From: Antedon mediterranea
Taxonomy: Eukaryota; Animalia; Echinodermata
Assembly: GCF_964355755.1 (NCBI RefSeq)
Contig: NC_092673.1
Coordinates: 7,688,001-7,752,000 of the forward strand
Length of the DNA stretch: 64,000 nucleotides
Direction: 5' to 3'
In this document: positions 12,453 to 27,369 of the stretch, in pieces
How positions within the stretch are numbered: the first letter of the stretch is position 1
Layout: every line of letters starts with the position of its first letter
Notes under the pieces: model-generated
The model's input: only the letters and a program-made list of their open reading frames with translations
Told to the model about the DNA's origin: nothing
The model's database searches: none
Translations under genes and position numbers: made by a program

Positions 12453-15400
12453 GTGCTACCACCTACAACAATAGCGTGGGTAGGCCCATCATATACCGTA
12501 CAATATCAAGGTACAAAATCACTTAGATTGCCCTTTGACATAAGTTGTAAATATTTGCCTCATTAGAAAAATTCTGACTGTTTTACAGCAATTTAACAAT
12601 AGCCTGTCTGGCTCCTTTAATTCATTAGTTGACTGTGATTTTGTTTTATTTAATCTGAGAAAAATATCACATTTCTTGGATTATGTGTTAATATAAACAA
12701 ACTAGGCATTATAATAGTATGGGGTCACTGATTTGGTGTTAAACTGTTCCTCACAGCAAAAACTGATTTCTACAAAAATCAAATAAAATCACAGATATAA
12801 ATCGGATGTTAAATGTATATTTTTAACATGTTATTTTACAATGTTATTGAACAATAACATGTTTAGACAGACTAATTTAAAACTACAATCAACACAAAAT
12901 ATTATTTCAGCAAGTTTAACAAAATTAAACATGTATGATTTTGTCCGCTTCATAAATCATTTATAACAAAAGCAAAAAAGTGAAGTGAAGAAATCAAATG
13001 GTTTATTTTAAGTGTTCCAATGGATTTTAGAATATCTTCCTTTCATATATTATTATTAGTAGTAGCATTGTTGTTAATATGTCTCTCATTTTGTCTGAGC
13101 CGTGTTTTATCATTTAACGATGGCCGATTCACGCAGCAAATTTATAGCATCCTAAAGAACATACATCATAATAATAATCAGAACATTTTTTATTTATTGT
13201 AATTCAACTCACTCTAACACATTTAATGTAGCCGTAATTATTAAAACAATAATATCACTGTTATTTATTGTTTATAGCATAATATACTATCAAAATATTA
13301 TTAATAACCATAAATAGGACTTTAATTTACCCATACAAATGGTACAACCATAACAATATTATTACTAATTTAAGTATAATTTATTCATTTCACAAGATAC
13401 TGTACCTACAGTATCTATTATTAACTCTTCAATCATTTATCACTAAAAATGAAATATTAATAAAAAATCTGTTTAGTAACCATATTACATCATAAATTCA
13501 AATAAAAATTATTTATTATACAATTTTCTTTTGTACTTTCTGACAATATTGCTGTCCAGAATAATTTATCTCAATCCAATAAAAATACATAATATTATTA
13601 AATTCCCATGTTTCATTTGTACCATCATAGATAGTAACCGAATAAGACGATAGCTAAGTAGTGCAAAGGGGCTCATAGTGAGTCTCACTAAATCAACCGG
13701 TTAGCATAATAGCTACATGCTGTCTCCGCAACAATTCCAACTTCATTTTTACAGCTCATTACGGCACGATGGGACAAAATATCTTGTCATGTTATTTTTT
13801 TTTATATTTTCTCTTTTTGTATAGTTTACTTTTATTAAAACGTTAAATTGTAAAAATTATTTAAATTTAAGCATAATTCTAATTTTTTATGAAGTTTGTA
13901 ATTTTTTGGTTTAATGTTCATTATTGGGTGTAATAACTGTCATTGATAGATTCTACGTATAACATGATTGCACTGATGAATTATGGATTACCATAACAAA
14001 CATCAAAATCAAACTGAAATTCTAAGTATATTACAGTTTATGAAACTGGAGACTACTTTTTAACCATACCTTTTAGCCATGCAAGTACAAAGTTGGAATT
14101 GTCATTTTCTAAACATGGTATTCAAACATAAACAATCACAGCAAAGACAACCAATCAGTAGGCCTAGCTGCTTTCCAAATGCTGTCTCTATGTTCAAGGC
14201 TTTGCACGATATTTGTAGACATGATATTTATACTGGATCATACTGCAGTCTGCAGTACATACCGTACAAATGTACAGTAGGAAGAGATACCGTAGCTGAT
14301 GATGTATCAGCTATCTACTCATTTTTGGCATATTTTAAATCCTTTTTTAGATGCTGATTTGGAAAAACAAAAGCAGTTGCTTCTAAAATAGCAATGGTCT
14401 TCATACATAAAAAAACAACAGTACATGAAAAATAAACATGTTTCTGGCAGCGATTACATACAGAGGAAATACGTAATGTTATTTTTTAATATAGTAGAGG
14501 ATGTACAGTAGTCATTTTTGTTATTTAAAACAATTAAATAAAACAAAATCATACAATAGTTATAACACATTCTTTTTTTGCACATATTGTTTACAAATTA
14601 CAAATTCAAATAACTTTGTAGAACTTTTAAACCATCTGTCTCATAGATCTATTTATTATTGGTAATGGATTTTAGATTTTATACAGTAGTGCAAGAATGT
14701 ATGCCTGAGATAACACACTTGCCTGAAGCTATATAAGAAAAAAAATCTTGAATGCTTTCCATAAGTGTATTCTATTTCATGGGAATATCACACACAGGAC
14801 ATGGTTTTAGAGTATAATTTTCATTTTTATAATTCATTGTTCCATTAGCCAAATAAGTTTCATATTTAAGCTGACATTAAATTCTCACTATAGTATAGTA
14901 GAGAAAATTGATTTTTATTTTGAAAAATATTAAATTTGTATTTTTGATAACTTAATCATTGCTGGATAATATAATATAATAATAATACTAATGAAAATTA
15001 TTTATATTTAACTTACTGATTACCATTGCATACTGTACTAAAAATGGATAATAGTTCACATAAACCATCAAAAATATATACTATTAAACAAATTTTCTTT
15101 TTTTAAAAAGAAAACCAATAACCACATATCACTTTAAAAACTGTATGTAAAATAATTGCATACAGGTAGTACAGTATGTAGTTGTATCTGTTTAATTAAA
15201 TTAAAACAAATTATGAAATAATAATAGGTTTGTGGCACACTTTCTATTGACATATTATAATGTGAACGATGGGTAATGGGGCACTACAACAAGCTTTCAA
15301 AGTAACTGAATTACAAGAGCCACTCTTATTGTTTAATCAGGATAGTCAAGTACATGATTTAATTACAAAATCTGTAGGGAATATCGGCGACAATTCTTAC

Positions 15401-18400
15401 TAATCTCTTCTAAACACAACTCAGATTCGTCACCAACTTCTGGCACACATGTTTTTTGTTTCTTGTGTTACTATTTACAGAGACGAACACAATGGATTCA
15501 ACCCCGAGTTCCTCTGGGACAATATATGTATTCCCCTCACCAGCCTACTTCCTAAACTTTCCATTTGGTTTCATTCAAAACATGACACAACCATAACACA
15601 ATATTAGATGTACAGTGAATTCTTTGAAAAGGTTGATTTTCTAAACTCCATGTTATTTTGTATCTATCAATCCTCTCAAGCCTGACAGCAAGCACAAAGT
15701 GAAATGTTTAATGAATGAAATAATACAACGTAAGTTAGCTATTTATAAATAGTTCGAAATTTTAAAAACAATTTAAATTGGTAGGTAGTAAGTTGATTAC
15801 TGTTAAGTATATCAAATAATTGCCATCTCTATAATAAAGACAGTTAATTTTGGTATGAATAATGTACTACTGTTTTTCTTTCTACAGGTGAACGTATAAT
15901 AGGTATATAAAGTAACACCAGTTAGATGGTAACATTATCAAATGTTTACTTAGTAAATACTACTTAAAGCACTCAATTGTCAGAAATGATTACGGCTAAA
16001 CACATCATGTATTTAACTTTGCGATAGTGACTCTCAAAAGCTATGTTACCTCATCACCCAAGCGGCCAGTACACGTATTTGCGCCGTCACAAGACATCAG
16101 AATCTTCATTATCTCGTAAACCGAACGCAGGGGCAATGAGGTAAAGAGCAGCTAAAACAACGAGAATAATCCATTGTGTGTTTAGTTAACCTGGTGCCGT
16201 GCGGCACGGAACTCATCAATTTTGCACGTAGCCCCCGACAGTGTGCACATTTTTTTCATTTAAGGTCAATGCAACTCGAGCTCAGACCTTGCTGGCGGAC
16301 TATGCAAAGCAACTGGGCGATGGCCGATTTGGAACAACACCACATAGGGGGTCGGAACAGTTGCTAGTTGAACTAGGCTTGTCTAGTCCCTTAAGTCGGA
16401 TTGCTTATTAGGCCTAGAGTATTGTGTAACCAACTAGCTATAATTAGTTAATCAGGCTTCATGGTATAACTGATCATCAATTCAATTTAAGGATTAAGTC
16501 TTATTTAACAACAATTAAGCAAGAAGTGTATGAATAAAAATGACATGCATTTATGCTATTCAATTCAATTCCTTTTTATTTCGGAAATATCATCCATATT
16601 AATAAACGTATAAACAGAAAAAAAAAATAAAAAATCGTAAACTCTAAACTTAAGTATATAGAATGCTTCTCCATCTACAATACATTTTGGAGTTATGGAG
16701 CATATTTTTGCACAAGCAACAAGGATGTTATTGTTACCACTATTCAACATACGTTGCATAAAACCATAGAGGTAGATTTTCGCATGTACTCATTAAAGGA
16801 AGGGACACCATGTTGACATGACACTATTAACAACAATTAATTACATCATAATTACAAATTTTGTTACACTATTAAAACAAACATTAACTCCAACAAATAC
16901 ACATGATTGGCGTTATAATATTATTTTCAAACATTGAATACCTTTTCATATGTCATATGTTTCATTCAAATTACTATCATCAATACTATTTTATAAATAC
17001 ATTAAGTGTATTAAGAAACAAATGTTTAGGGTTTTTTTGGGACCTAAACTTTATATTAATTTTCATCATCTAAATTACCATCAATAATATTTTACAGTAA
17101 GTTTATTTTCTCTCTCTTTATCAGTCTCAGTGTCTTTGCAATATTTTCGTGTTGGATACTTTGAGTCGTCAACCTATCTTAACTAGAAATAAATAGGAAG
17201 ACATGGGGAATATCTCCATTGTAATTAAAGCAAATGGTCTCTTGGGCGACTAGTGATGATCAACGAGGGAAACATTGACACTTCGAGACCTAATGCTTCA
17301 CTGCACATTGTTTTAAAAGAAATTAATTTCTCGATTATTTGAATAATGAATATTTGAGAGATTGAATACGCATACAGTAGTTTTTAAACAGCACATAGCT
17401 TGGCCAACCAATAATGCCTCCAAAATGATTATTAAATTATGATTTTTTTTTCCGCAAAATAATGCAACGAAACAAGTAACCGGTTACTGGAGATAAGTGT
17501 CTCACGAAGTATATTTGACATTATTTAGAAAAATTGAATGTATGCATACTTTTTTAAACCCCCTTTGGTCAACCAATAATGCCACAAAAAATAGTTTTTT
17601 TATTAAATTTCTATATGCATTACTCATTTTGAAACTAGAAATACTTTACAGAATAGGAAATCTTACATTAGTAACACTAACAGTAACATTGGATACATTT
17701 AATTATTTTTTTAGAAATCAATTGATTTTTTACATGTTTTGTTTTTGTCCAGAAGAGAACATTATTATAATACAATACTATTGTATATTATTTTTTGAAA
17801 AGAATGAACACATATTTTGACACTAGAGGGCTTTTTCTTATTACTGTATTGTAAAATGCATCATTATGAAGTAAAATAATATAATAAGACCATTACAGGA
17901 AGAAAAGACGAAAGGTAAAAATAATATGCGAGAAAAGCGTATGTGTAGAAAATAATAAGAGAAGAAAAGCATACACTATAAAAGTTTAAAAAAAAAAAAG
18001 GTACACAAAAAGTGGGGAAGAGTTGTGCAATGAGACAATGTACTCATTGTTGTTTTCATGCAAATATGGGGAGGGTGAAAGAGGACAAGGTCGTGACATT
18101 TTTCAGTTGCATTGTTTACATAGATTCCAACACAAAGCACATTACCAGTCAGAATATAAACTTATATATCAGAACCTCACACATACCGACTACAATCTAC
18201 AGTATAAAAACCAATACCACAGAACTTACTTATTACTACATTTTGTACTCTACTCCCTCCCAGTCCCAGTACAGTAATATTAATAAAGAAGAATTCTTTT
18301 TTTCTAGAGTAAAAACAATACTGTACTCATAGTAATCTGATCTTCCCTGGTAATGTTGTCTGGTAGTAGTAATCAATACAAAAGTACATCTCCATGTAAA

Positions 18401-21400
18401 TGTATACACATTACTGTTGCAGGATTCATCAGCTGATGATGACAATGTCGAAATATTGAATCACGATGGCCTGTATTTCATTACTTGGCCGATACACGTA
18501 TTATATTTTTGTAAGAACCTCCTTCATGTTTTGTACAGTAACAATTATTAATGGTATTCACACAAACATAATTTACTGGGCAACACTATTAAAATTGGTA
18601 AAATTCATGTAAAACTTTATTTTTATCTAAACTTCACACAGCCCTCTATTGTCAAAGGTATTATACTGCAATAGGAAACTAATTACTATAGGAACAAACC
18701 TCCATTTTGTTTGGTAAAATAAAAGATATTGACTGTCTCACTCTCAGTTAAATACAACATTTTATACCTATTTCTTTTTTTCTAATGGGAGACACCACAT
18801 TTATTGTTTAAATATTTTGTATGCAAATGATTGCAACAAGACATCCATAAAAGGAAAGTTTCTGTTTATACATACTAAGAATAAAGAAAAAGGATAATGT
18901 AGGCATGTTGTTAAATGATATAGTAATTGCGAACATATTATAGTATGGTTAATTATTATCTAATTCACTGCAGTTATTATACTGTGCAAATGAAAAACTT
19001 TGGTAGCATAATAGAGTAAAGGAAGACTTCATACAAACAACTTGGATGTACAGTACTATATTGAAACTTGTGGTTTATAAAGAATCTACCGCAGTTGGAC
19101 CTGCTGTGCTTAAATCCACAAAAATCAGTTTCAATTCCATGACTGTGCGAGTACCACATATTTAATATCTGCCTTCATTCATTCAACATTGTGATGATTA
19201 GCGATAAAAATACTATAAAATTTACACCACAATAATATACTGTACTTGTATACCTTTAGTGTATGTAAAGACACCTAAAAATCATCCACGTACAACATAC
19301 AATACACTACAGTAGCTTTATTGTACAGTACTACTGTACGTTATTTACTTTTTTATAGGTTTCACTCACTGTGAGGACCATATATAATGACAATACTATA
19401 CATCAATTAACTTTACAGTATTAATTGATTGTACTGTATGCAAATTACTCTTATTATAGAATATGTAGGGGACAGCGAAAAGTTGCTGCTGGTGCTGTTA
19501 TTTACAGCGCATCTTTAACTTATGTCACATTACCTGTCCCTAGCATGTGTAATAAAAGCATACTCTTACAAACGTACTATAGTGTATAATATAGTCAGTA
19601 CTCATATCATACTTAAGCATTGCAATAGTCTATGACTTATACTGTACATTTACACAGTATTGTATGTACCACATACATACCAGTAGTCTGTACTGCAGAG
19701 GCTATGTCAGTGTGTACTGCAGAGACATGTACTATAGTCTGTACTGCAGAGACTACTGTATACATTTTCTGCATACAGTAGTACAACTGTATTGCAAATA
19801 GGTTTCATTGTTTGAAAATGTTTGTAATGTAATATGAAGACACATACAACAATAGATTTGATCAGCAAAACATTGATCTAACGTCAAGATATATAACTGT
19901 TGAAAGTGATTTGCGGCACATGTTCTAGACAAAGTATACTATATCTGAAGATTTATGTTCAACATTTAAGAACAGAAGATGAAAAAAAACTCTAACCCAT
20001 ATCAAATTAAAATTTATGAAGAAACCATTTAAAACTAGATTCTTATTTCAAAGAGTCTAAAAAATACATAAGACTGGCTACTGTACAGAGCGGATTTGAT
20101 ATTAATAATTAATATTTTAGTATCCTGTACAACACTCATATGTAATTTTTTAATAATAGATTATGTAATGTTTCTATTGGGGGAACCCTAGTGTTGGTTT
20201 GATTCCTTCTTGTTCTACAATTCTAGTAAAATACTATAGTATGAATAAATTCTTTGCCGCTTTTATTTTACTGTATTTAATAAGCGCAGTACAGTACTAT
20301 TGTATAGTACCCTCTGAAAAGTGCGTACAAACAGCACCGGATTGTACAAACAACATTATAAAAATATTTATAAACTCCAGATATCTAATATTGAACTGTA
20401 GTGCCCATGGGCACTGAAACAAATATTCTGCTGTTTTCATAGTTTAGTGTAGTAGAACATTGAAATAAAATAGTTTGTGTCTGAAATCGGTCAAAACAAC
20501 ACAGGAAAAAATTGACTGGTTGCTAGATTTAATCTATTATTGTATGATGTATGTTGTTATAAGGTGAAGTAATGCAATAGCAAATGTAACATTGCACATT
20601 AAAACCTTAAAATGTAGCCTACTCGTAAACAGTGACAGTAAAGCACATAGCGCAATATAAATCAACTATAAAACAATCACTGTAAAGAAATGTCACAGAA
20701 CCTAAATCATAGGCGAAATAGGATCAGACATTGAAAAGAGGTAGGGTACCTTCTTCTCATGATTTATCATAATGGAGCTAACAGTGACATTATATACAAA
20801 GGTATGTTCAAATAGAAAAAAAATTGAAAGAAAAGAAAAAGAAAGTAGAACATTTATTTACAGTTCTAAGTAAGCCTAGGCCCTGCATTATAGAGGTTTT
20901 GTAATATACAGGCCGGTCTCTCCTGAAAAAAAAAACCGCATTATTTGTAGATAAAACCTTTTTAAAACTGGAAATCTGGAAAGTCAGGATCGTACTGAAT
21001 CAATTAGGATTTTAAAACTGTATTACAAATCGGTGCTTTTTATGTAGGACCTATTTTTGTTGACAAAAAAAATACTATTCATTTATTTAAAATATGGTAT
21101 TAAAATCGTATGTAGCAGAAACATGCCAGAAGAGTCTTCATAATTTATGTTCTGGGTATGCTTTATATTTTATTCAAAAAACACATCAAGACAAACGATG
21201 ATAACTCATCAAATACTCTAATATAATATTAAAGTCTCAGCAATTGTGATTTTATATAAATATTTTAATAATTTTAAGTATTTTTTAAAACATAACCTTC
21301 ATAATATCCCTGAGGAATGGAATTTTATTGATGTAGATACTGATTTGCATTTAAAGATCTACATAATTTATCTCAGTCTTATCGTGAGTCATTTTGTGTT

Positions 21401-22239
21401 CAAAAATGAGGATGACCTCAATAAAATATTTAAAGATGAATAATTCGATAATCTGCATTAATTTGCATTTTATAAACATTTCAGACATAGGTATACATTA
21501 TTTAAATAATTGAATAATATTAATATTTCTATCACCCATTTTAGGGCTTTTTGCCAAGCTAATGTTAACCCTGGACCCAACCCATAATGATAACCCCAAA
21601 GGACTTTTTAAAATGTTGTCATTCATCTGTGTACCACAAGCAGTTTTGTATCACTGTTAATCTATGGTAACTGAAGAAAGAAAATAAAATGAATAGGAAA
21701 CAAAAAGACAAGGATGTAGAATCAACAAAAATTGGAATATGGATGTAAAAAAAGCACTTTATATGTAATAAATACTGATGTTCAAAAGAACTGAATGTGT
21801 GACATAGTTTGTTTGTAGGCAGAAGCGCTAGTAATAAGCCTAGCTCATGAATTTTTAGCCCAATCCTAATCCTATCTTACCCAGTAGGCAAATTTCACTA
21901 AGCTAGACCACGGATAGGTCAAAACAAACCTACAGTATTCTTTAGTAGAACCACTCAAATTTGATGATTAATTTCTTAAAGATGGAGGACCACACCAAGG
22001 GTTACTCCACTTTCACTAATAAAAATGTCTGATTTAAAAACCAAGACTATTCATCATTAGTGTCACTAAGCCAATTAGTGAGAAAATACATGTTGGTGAT
22101 TAGAAATTAACTGTACCCAATAAGAGGAAGTGATCATCATTAAAGTGTACTGGTATACTACTTATAAAGCTAAGCTGACTACCATACATCACTTCTTCCC
22201 ACCATTGCAAAAGGTATAGCTGATCCTTGAGATATTACC

Positions 22240-22393
22240 TCCAATATAAAATATGGCCTAGCCCAACACACTTCCTTAACAGGTAACTTATCATTGAATC
22301 CTGTCTCCACATATAAAATATGGCCTAGCCTAACACACTTGCCTAGCAGGTAACCTATCATTGAATCCGGTCTCCACATATAAAATATGGCCC
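22240..22393. repeat. ~66-bp tandem duplication (~2.3 copies)
   Basis: ATATAAAATATGGCCTAGCC.AACACACTT...CAGGTAAC.TATCATTGAATCC.GTCTCCAC is repeated. Confidence 0.9.
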
Positions 22394-22409
22394 AGAAATG
22401 TTTTTAAGT

Positions 22410-22474
22410 GGATTGTGATTGGTCAAATCACTTACGTTGCTTCCTCGCGTTGCGTTGCTAGTGGGAACCAAGCT
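22410..22474 (-). mobile_element. Terminal fragment of the same Harbinger-like family
   Basis: CGTTGC repeats then CTAGTGGGAACCAAGCT|TTA. Confidence 0.55.
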
Positions 22475-24004
22475 TTAAGGGTTGGCCATTAATATTGTTG
22501 TCCCCATAATAAGTGGTGTCCCTATTGCACTTGCCCTATACACAGTTAGGTACTGGGTCTTAAAGTGCTGATGATGCAAAATGATGCTAGCCTACATAGT
22601 TCTTGACATTTCTTTGTTTATTGTTGTTTTGCAATTCAAGAAAATGTTACTTGCTACAGTTCTGTAGAGAATGTAAATGTAAAGAATGCTGGTATGAAAT
22701 TACACACCTAATCCACATAGGCATTTTGGCATCTTATTTTTTTATCCCTGCATAATTACTGTACTCTCAATTTGTTATTCAGTTTACCTTACAGTAGAAT
22801 GAAGTAATTAGATCAAAGGACAAAATATGAAATCTTGATAAATACTTTTCAAATTATTCTGTGAGATAGAAAACTGTCATACTGTACATGATATGGAACT
22901 ATAATAATACACAACTTTGATTTTATACTACCATATTATGTGACTATCATTTTCTCCAATACTGTATTTAACTACAGTATTAGTACTACTAGTACTACCG
23001 AGGCCAACATGTCTGGTTTTCCAATTTGTGACCTGTACATACTGGCTTTTCCCAAGAATCAACAAACACCTTTTGGCTTATACCACAAACTTTTATTCAA
23101 TGGGATGACGTGGCTTGATCATTACTCTAGAGAAAGAACAGGCTTACTGTAGCTAAAAACATGAATCTTTGAAAAATATCCAATTTTCTGGTAAAACTCT
23201 CAAAATACTGAAGTTTTAAAGCTATAATAATTTAAAATAAAGTTAAAAACTTTAAAAAGTATAGAACACAGTAACTGTATGAAGAATTTGTCTTTATTAT
23301 CCACAGTATAGATGATGTTTTATAAATTTAGAGGGTTGATCATTCTACAATTCTCCTCTTATTTTCTATAAATCCTTTCTTCCAAAAATATCTTCCTTAG
23401 AACGACCTTTGACATAAGTGCCAATACTTACAGTAGGTATTTGATTGTCCAATCAGATTAATTAGATTAGAAGCAACACAAAGTAAAACCATTTGTTTTC
23501 TTTTCATTTGAAATCCTCTCAAACATGAGCAATAATATATTTGCTATTTCTATCCGTTCTAAATGTTCTTTATAATAATCTGTTTGTCTCCACTCAGACC
23601 TACACTGATTGCCTTGATAGTTTTTTCGAGTGGTAGGTATTAAAAATAATTCATCATTTACAATAGGTCAAAGGCTCTTTTAATTCTAAATTGTAGACTT
23701 TCTTGTCTCTTCAGATCTCATTTACAAATACATGTTAACAATGAAGCCGTAGAAATTAAGGCATAATTATTGTTTTAAACTACTGTAGTAATTCTATTTT
23801 CAACTGTATTTCATTTTCATAGAATATTTACAGTTTAAAAAAAGACCGATATGGTTCAAATAAATTTCTCATCTTTATACTACTGTATATTACATTACAG
23901 TAAAAGTATAATAATTAAACAGAATAAAGATTATGCAATTTATTAGATTTTCTAAAAAACTATTTTTTATAAAAAAATTAGGTTTCGAACTCTGTTAATG
24001 CAAC

Positions 24005-24053
24005 AGACAACCTGCCATTAGACAACCTGCCATTAGACAACCTGCCATTAGAC
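24005..24053. repeat. 15-bp tandem repeat x3
   Basis: (AGACAACCTGCCATT)3. Confidence 0.9.
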
Positions 24054-27000
24054 CACTGCGAATCAATATCACCAACAGAAAACCAAATAATATTACAAGT
24101 ACATTATCTAGGAGAATAAGGCATTTGTAGGTTTATCCAGGTAAGCTTGGCACGAAATAGACTCTAATTATTTGAAACCTTAAATAATTACTACACAATG
24201 ATCTAAAAGATATTAATTGATAAATTAAATATTATTCTGTTTTGACATTAAAAAAGTACAATCGCTGTTATTTGATTGACTCAATATTACTCTTAGCACA
24301 GGCTTATAATTTAACCACCAATAGTAAGTATTAAATGTCTTATAACATAGTAAAATACCAATTGAGCATGTCCTGCAAACATTGATCATCATCATGTATT
24401 CAACATTAGCTTGTTCAATCAACAATACACACCGCAATTCAAGCATTTCGCCTGTTAGCAAAATCATTCTGTTAGGGCGAATGCAATTTCTTGCATCTTA
24501 ACTGGCGTTAAATGCATTTTTCCAGATTTAGTAATAATTAAAAGTGGACAGCAAGCATACTTATAAATAGCAAGTGGGTAGAGTACGATTATTGAGTAAA
24601 CTTGGCATGTGTTGGTATACAATACCAGCTGTGTTATACAAATACTGTGTCTACACGTACTACTTAGATAATCTTGGTAGGTTTTAAGTACTACTAATAA
24701 TACTGTATGGTCCACTACAGTATACTGTAGGCCTATTCATATTGTACTTTAGACTACAGTACCAATACAATACCTGTACATACAGAAATGCTTATTAATG
24801 ATGTACTATTTTTGCCCATCTTAAATGCTCACATCATTACTGTAGTATAACTATAATAAGCATGTCGGCTTAAAATTAAATTTTAATTAATATCAAAATT
24901 TATCCAGTGATAAAATAAATACACATCAATTTATAATTTCAGGAATGGAGGTATGGTTCATGTACTTTGCGTCTGTATTCGTTCTAAATTCTATAAAAAA
25001 TTAACTTTAGGCCGATAGTCCTATTACTGTAGCTAAGTATAATACAGTAGTAGCATTAAACAACATAGGCAGAAATTAAGTGATGGAATAAATTTATAAA
25101 TAAGACTCTTGTTTTAAATAATTCCGAATAATTTTAGGGAGTCCCAATTCTAACTAGCGTATCACTGTCCAATAATAATAAGCCCTCAAGCACCAAGCAA
25201 AATTACCAAATTATAAATTGAAATGTCAAGGAAGGACTGATAAATTGGTTTTCCTGAACAAAACTAGAAAAGAAAGTACTGTAACATCTTAATTTGCCAA
25301 AACCCAATGGAATACCAAAATAAAATTGGCAAAGTCCCTAGTTGAAGGTGATTTGGACACTACTAAGCCACGGGTAGCTCCCTTGTGGATTCATTTTTTT
25401 TTATTCTCACCAAAACAAAAACTATTAAAGCTAAAAACCCCTTGTACAGAAATGTCTGAGACTATAGGTGGCGACGATGATGTACACTGGGCAGTCAAGC
25501 GTAACATCTCACTTAGCTACCATATGATTTAATATTATCACAGTTGCTGTTCTGCATAGTGTACAACCATACTTTATAAAGTGTAAATTTACTGTACACT
25601 TGCAGTTTGACTGAACCATAGCCTTTCAGTTGTTAATCAAGGCGAGTAGACAATACTTATGGGCGTAAATGTAAATCTCACTGCTCTAGTTGAAATTGAT
25701 TTTAGATGCCAAAACTGACATGTCATTGAATTTTCTTTCATTCGGTGTGGGTATTCCACTTTCTCTGCTATGACCTCTTTCCTAAAGCGTGTCCTTGTTT
25801 GGGTAGATACGAAGCAATTCATCATGTAACTGCGGCTATGGTAAAACGTCTTTAATAGAACATACCCTCACACATAGTCATTAAATAGAAAAAAAAAATC
25901 AGGTCAGTGTCAGAACTCGGGCTAAATTTGATTTGAAAACAGCAGCGTTATAATTTCAGTTTCATAATTAATAAAACATCAGCCTGGAAATGAAGTCGGA
26001 AAACATTAAAGTGCAAAGAAAGAAAAATCGACAGAACAAGTTGGTGTAAGACGTAGGAAATGTTTAGACAATGAACAATTGAGTTTTTCCGCGCAGCAAT
26101 CAATCTCGTACAACTCCGCAATTGATAGAATTTTTACCACTTTTTTATGGAGGGTAAAATCAATATAAAGCATTAACAATCATAATCACACCTGCTTGTA
26201 TACTAAATTTATTTTTCTTCAGTCACTTTGTTTCTGTAACTCTCCATCTATTGCTGTTTACATACAGTATAGTCGCACACTCTCATCTAAGTCGCCATAT
26301 TGTTCATCGCAGGTTTCACAAATTGTTTGTACTATTCTTTTCAAAGTTATAAGATTTCCTGTACTAAATCCAATCACATTAACACTAATTCTTATCAACA
26401 ACAGATACTGATTTTTTTCTTACTTACAATTGTTATTAAAGTGAAATTACTAATTTTGTCCTAAAAAGTGATACAATTTCTATAGAATAACAAGCAACTG
26501 TACACTGCTGTAGGTCAATAAACTTAGGGTGATTCTAGAAAGGACAAAGCAGTAACAAACATACAGTAATATATTCACTGGTACTGTAGCTTACCCTGTT
26601 GTAACATGGTATAGCCCAGACTGAGAAATGCAGGTCAAGAGAGAAGTAGGAAAACTAAAAGTGGCATGTTTCTGAACTCCCTCAATAATACTATGCCACC
26701 AGTCAGAATAAAAAGTTTCAATTTCAAAATTTTTACAAAATCATCTCACTTTTTGGTGAAATTTATTGATATTTAACCTACTATCCTCACCCTCTCTGTT
26801 TCCAAAGAGAGATACCATTGGGTATTTGCATATTCCATACAGGGCATTTGACATTTTCAACATATTTAAAACATGACAGCCAATACTGTAGCTTGGATCT
26901 AGGATATAAAGCAATAAACAAATCAAGCATTCCTAACATTGATCTCTCACCACCTTTGCAAGTTTCATAAACTGGAGTTGGTTTATAAAGGCACAGACTT

Positions 27001-27369
27001 TTCATTGTTTCTTTGGCTGTCAAAGTGTCTTTTTAAAACCTAAACATTTGAATTCCTAAGCCTTGTTGCTCATCTAGATTTCTTCTTACTTGCACTATTT
27101 TCTTGTCAATTTTGGTCCAAAAACTCAATGATATTCAAAACAAAAATGTAAATGTTCAAAACTTTGGAAACTTTTCATCTTCATAAAAAATATTATCAAC
27201 GCTACAATACAGTACAGTATGAGTAACAATATTTTTTAATCCAAATTTAACAGTCTCACATTAAAATGTTTGAAGTTACTATTCCATTTAAAAATTACGT
27301 ATTATTATAGTATATATCAATAAATCTTTTCTTGAATACAAATAATAGTAGTTTTAGTTTTAAATATAA

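Noticed and set aside
920-22477. Inverted 17-20 bp ends 21.5 kb apart, suggesting one giant Harbinger-like element
   Set aside because: The flanks are TAA and TTA, not a direct duplication, and the interior looks like ordinary intron; two independent end fragments are more likely.
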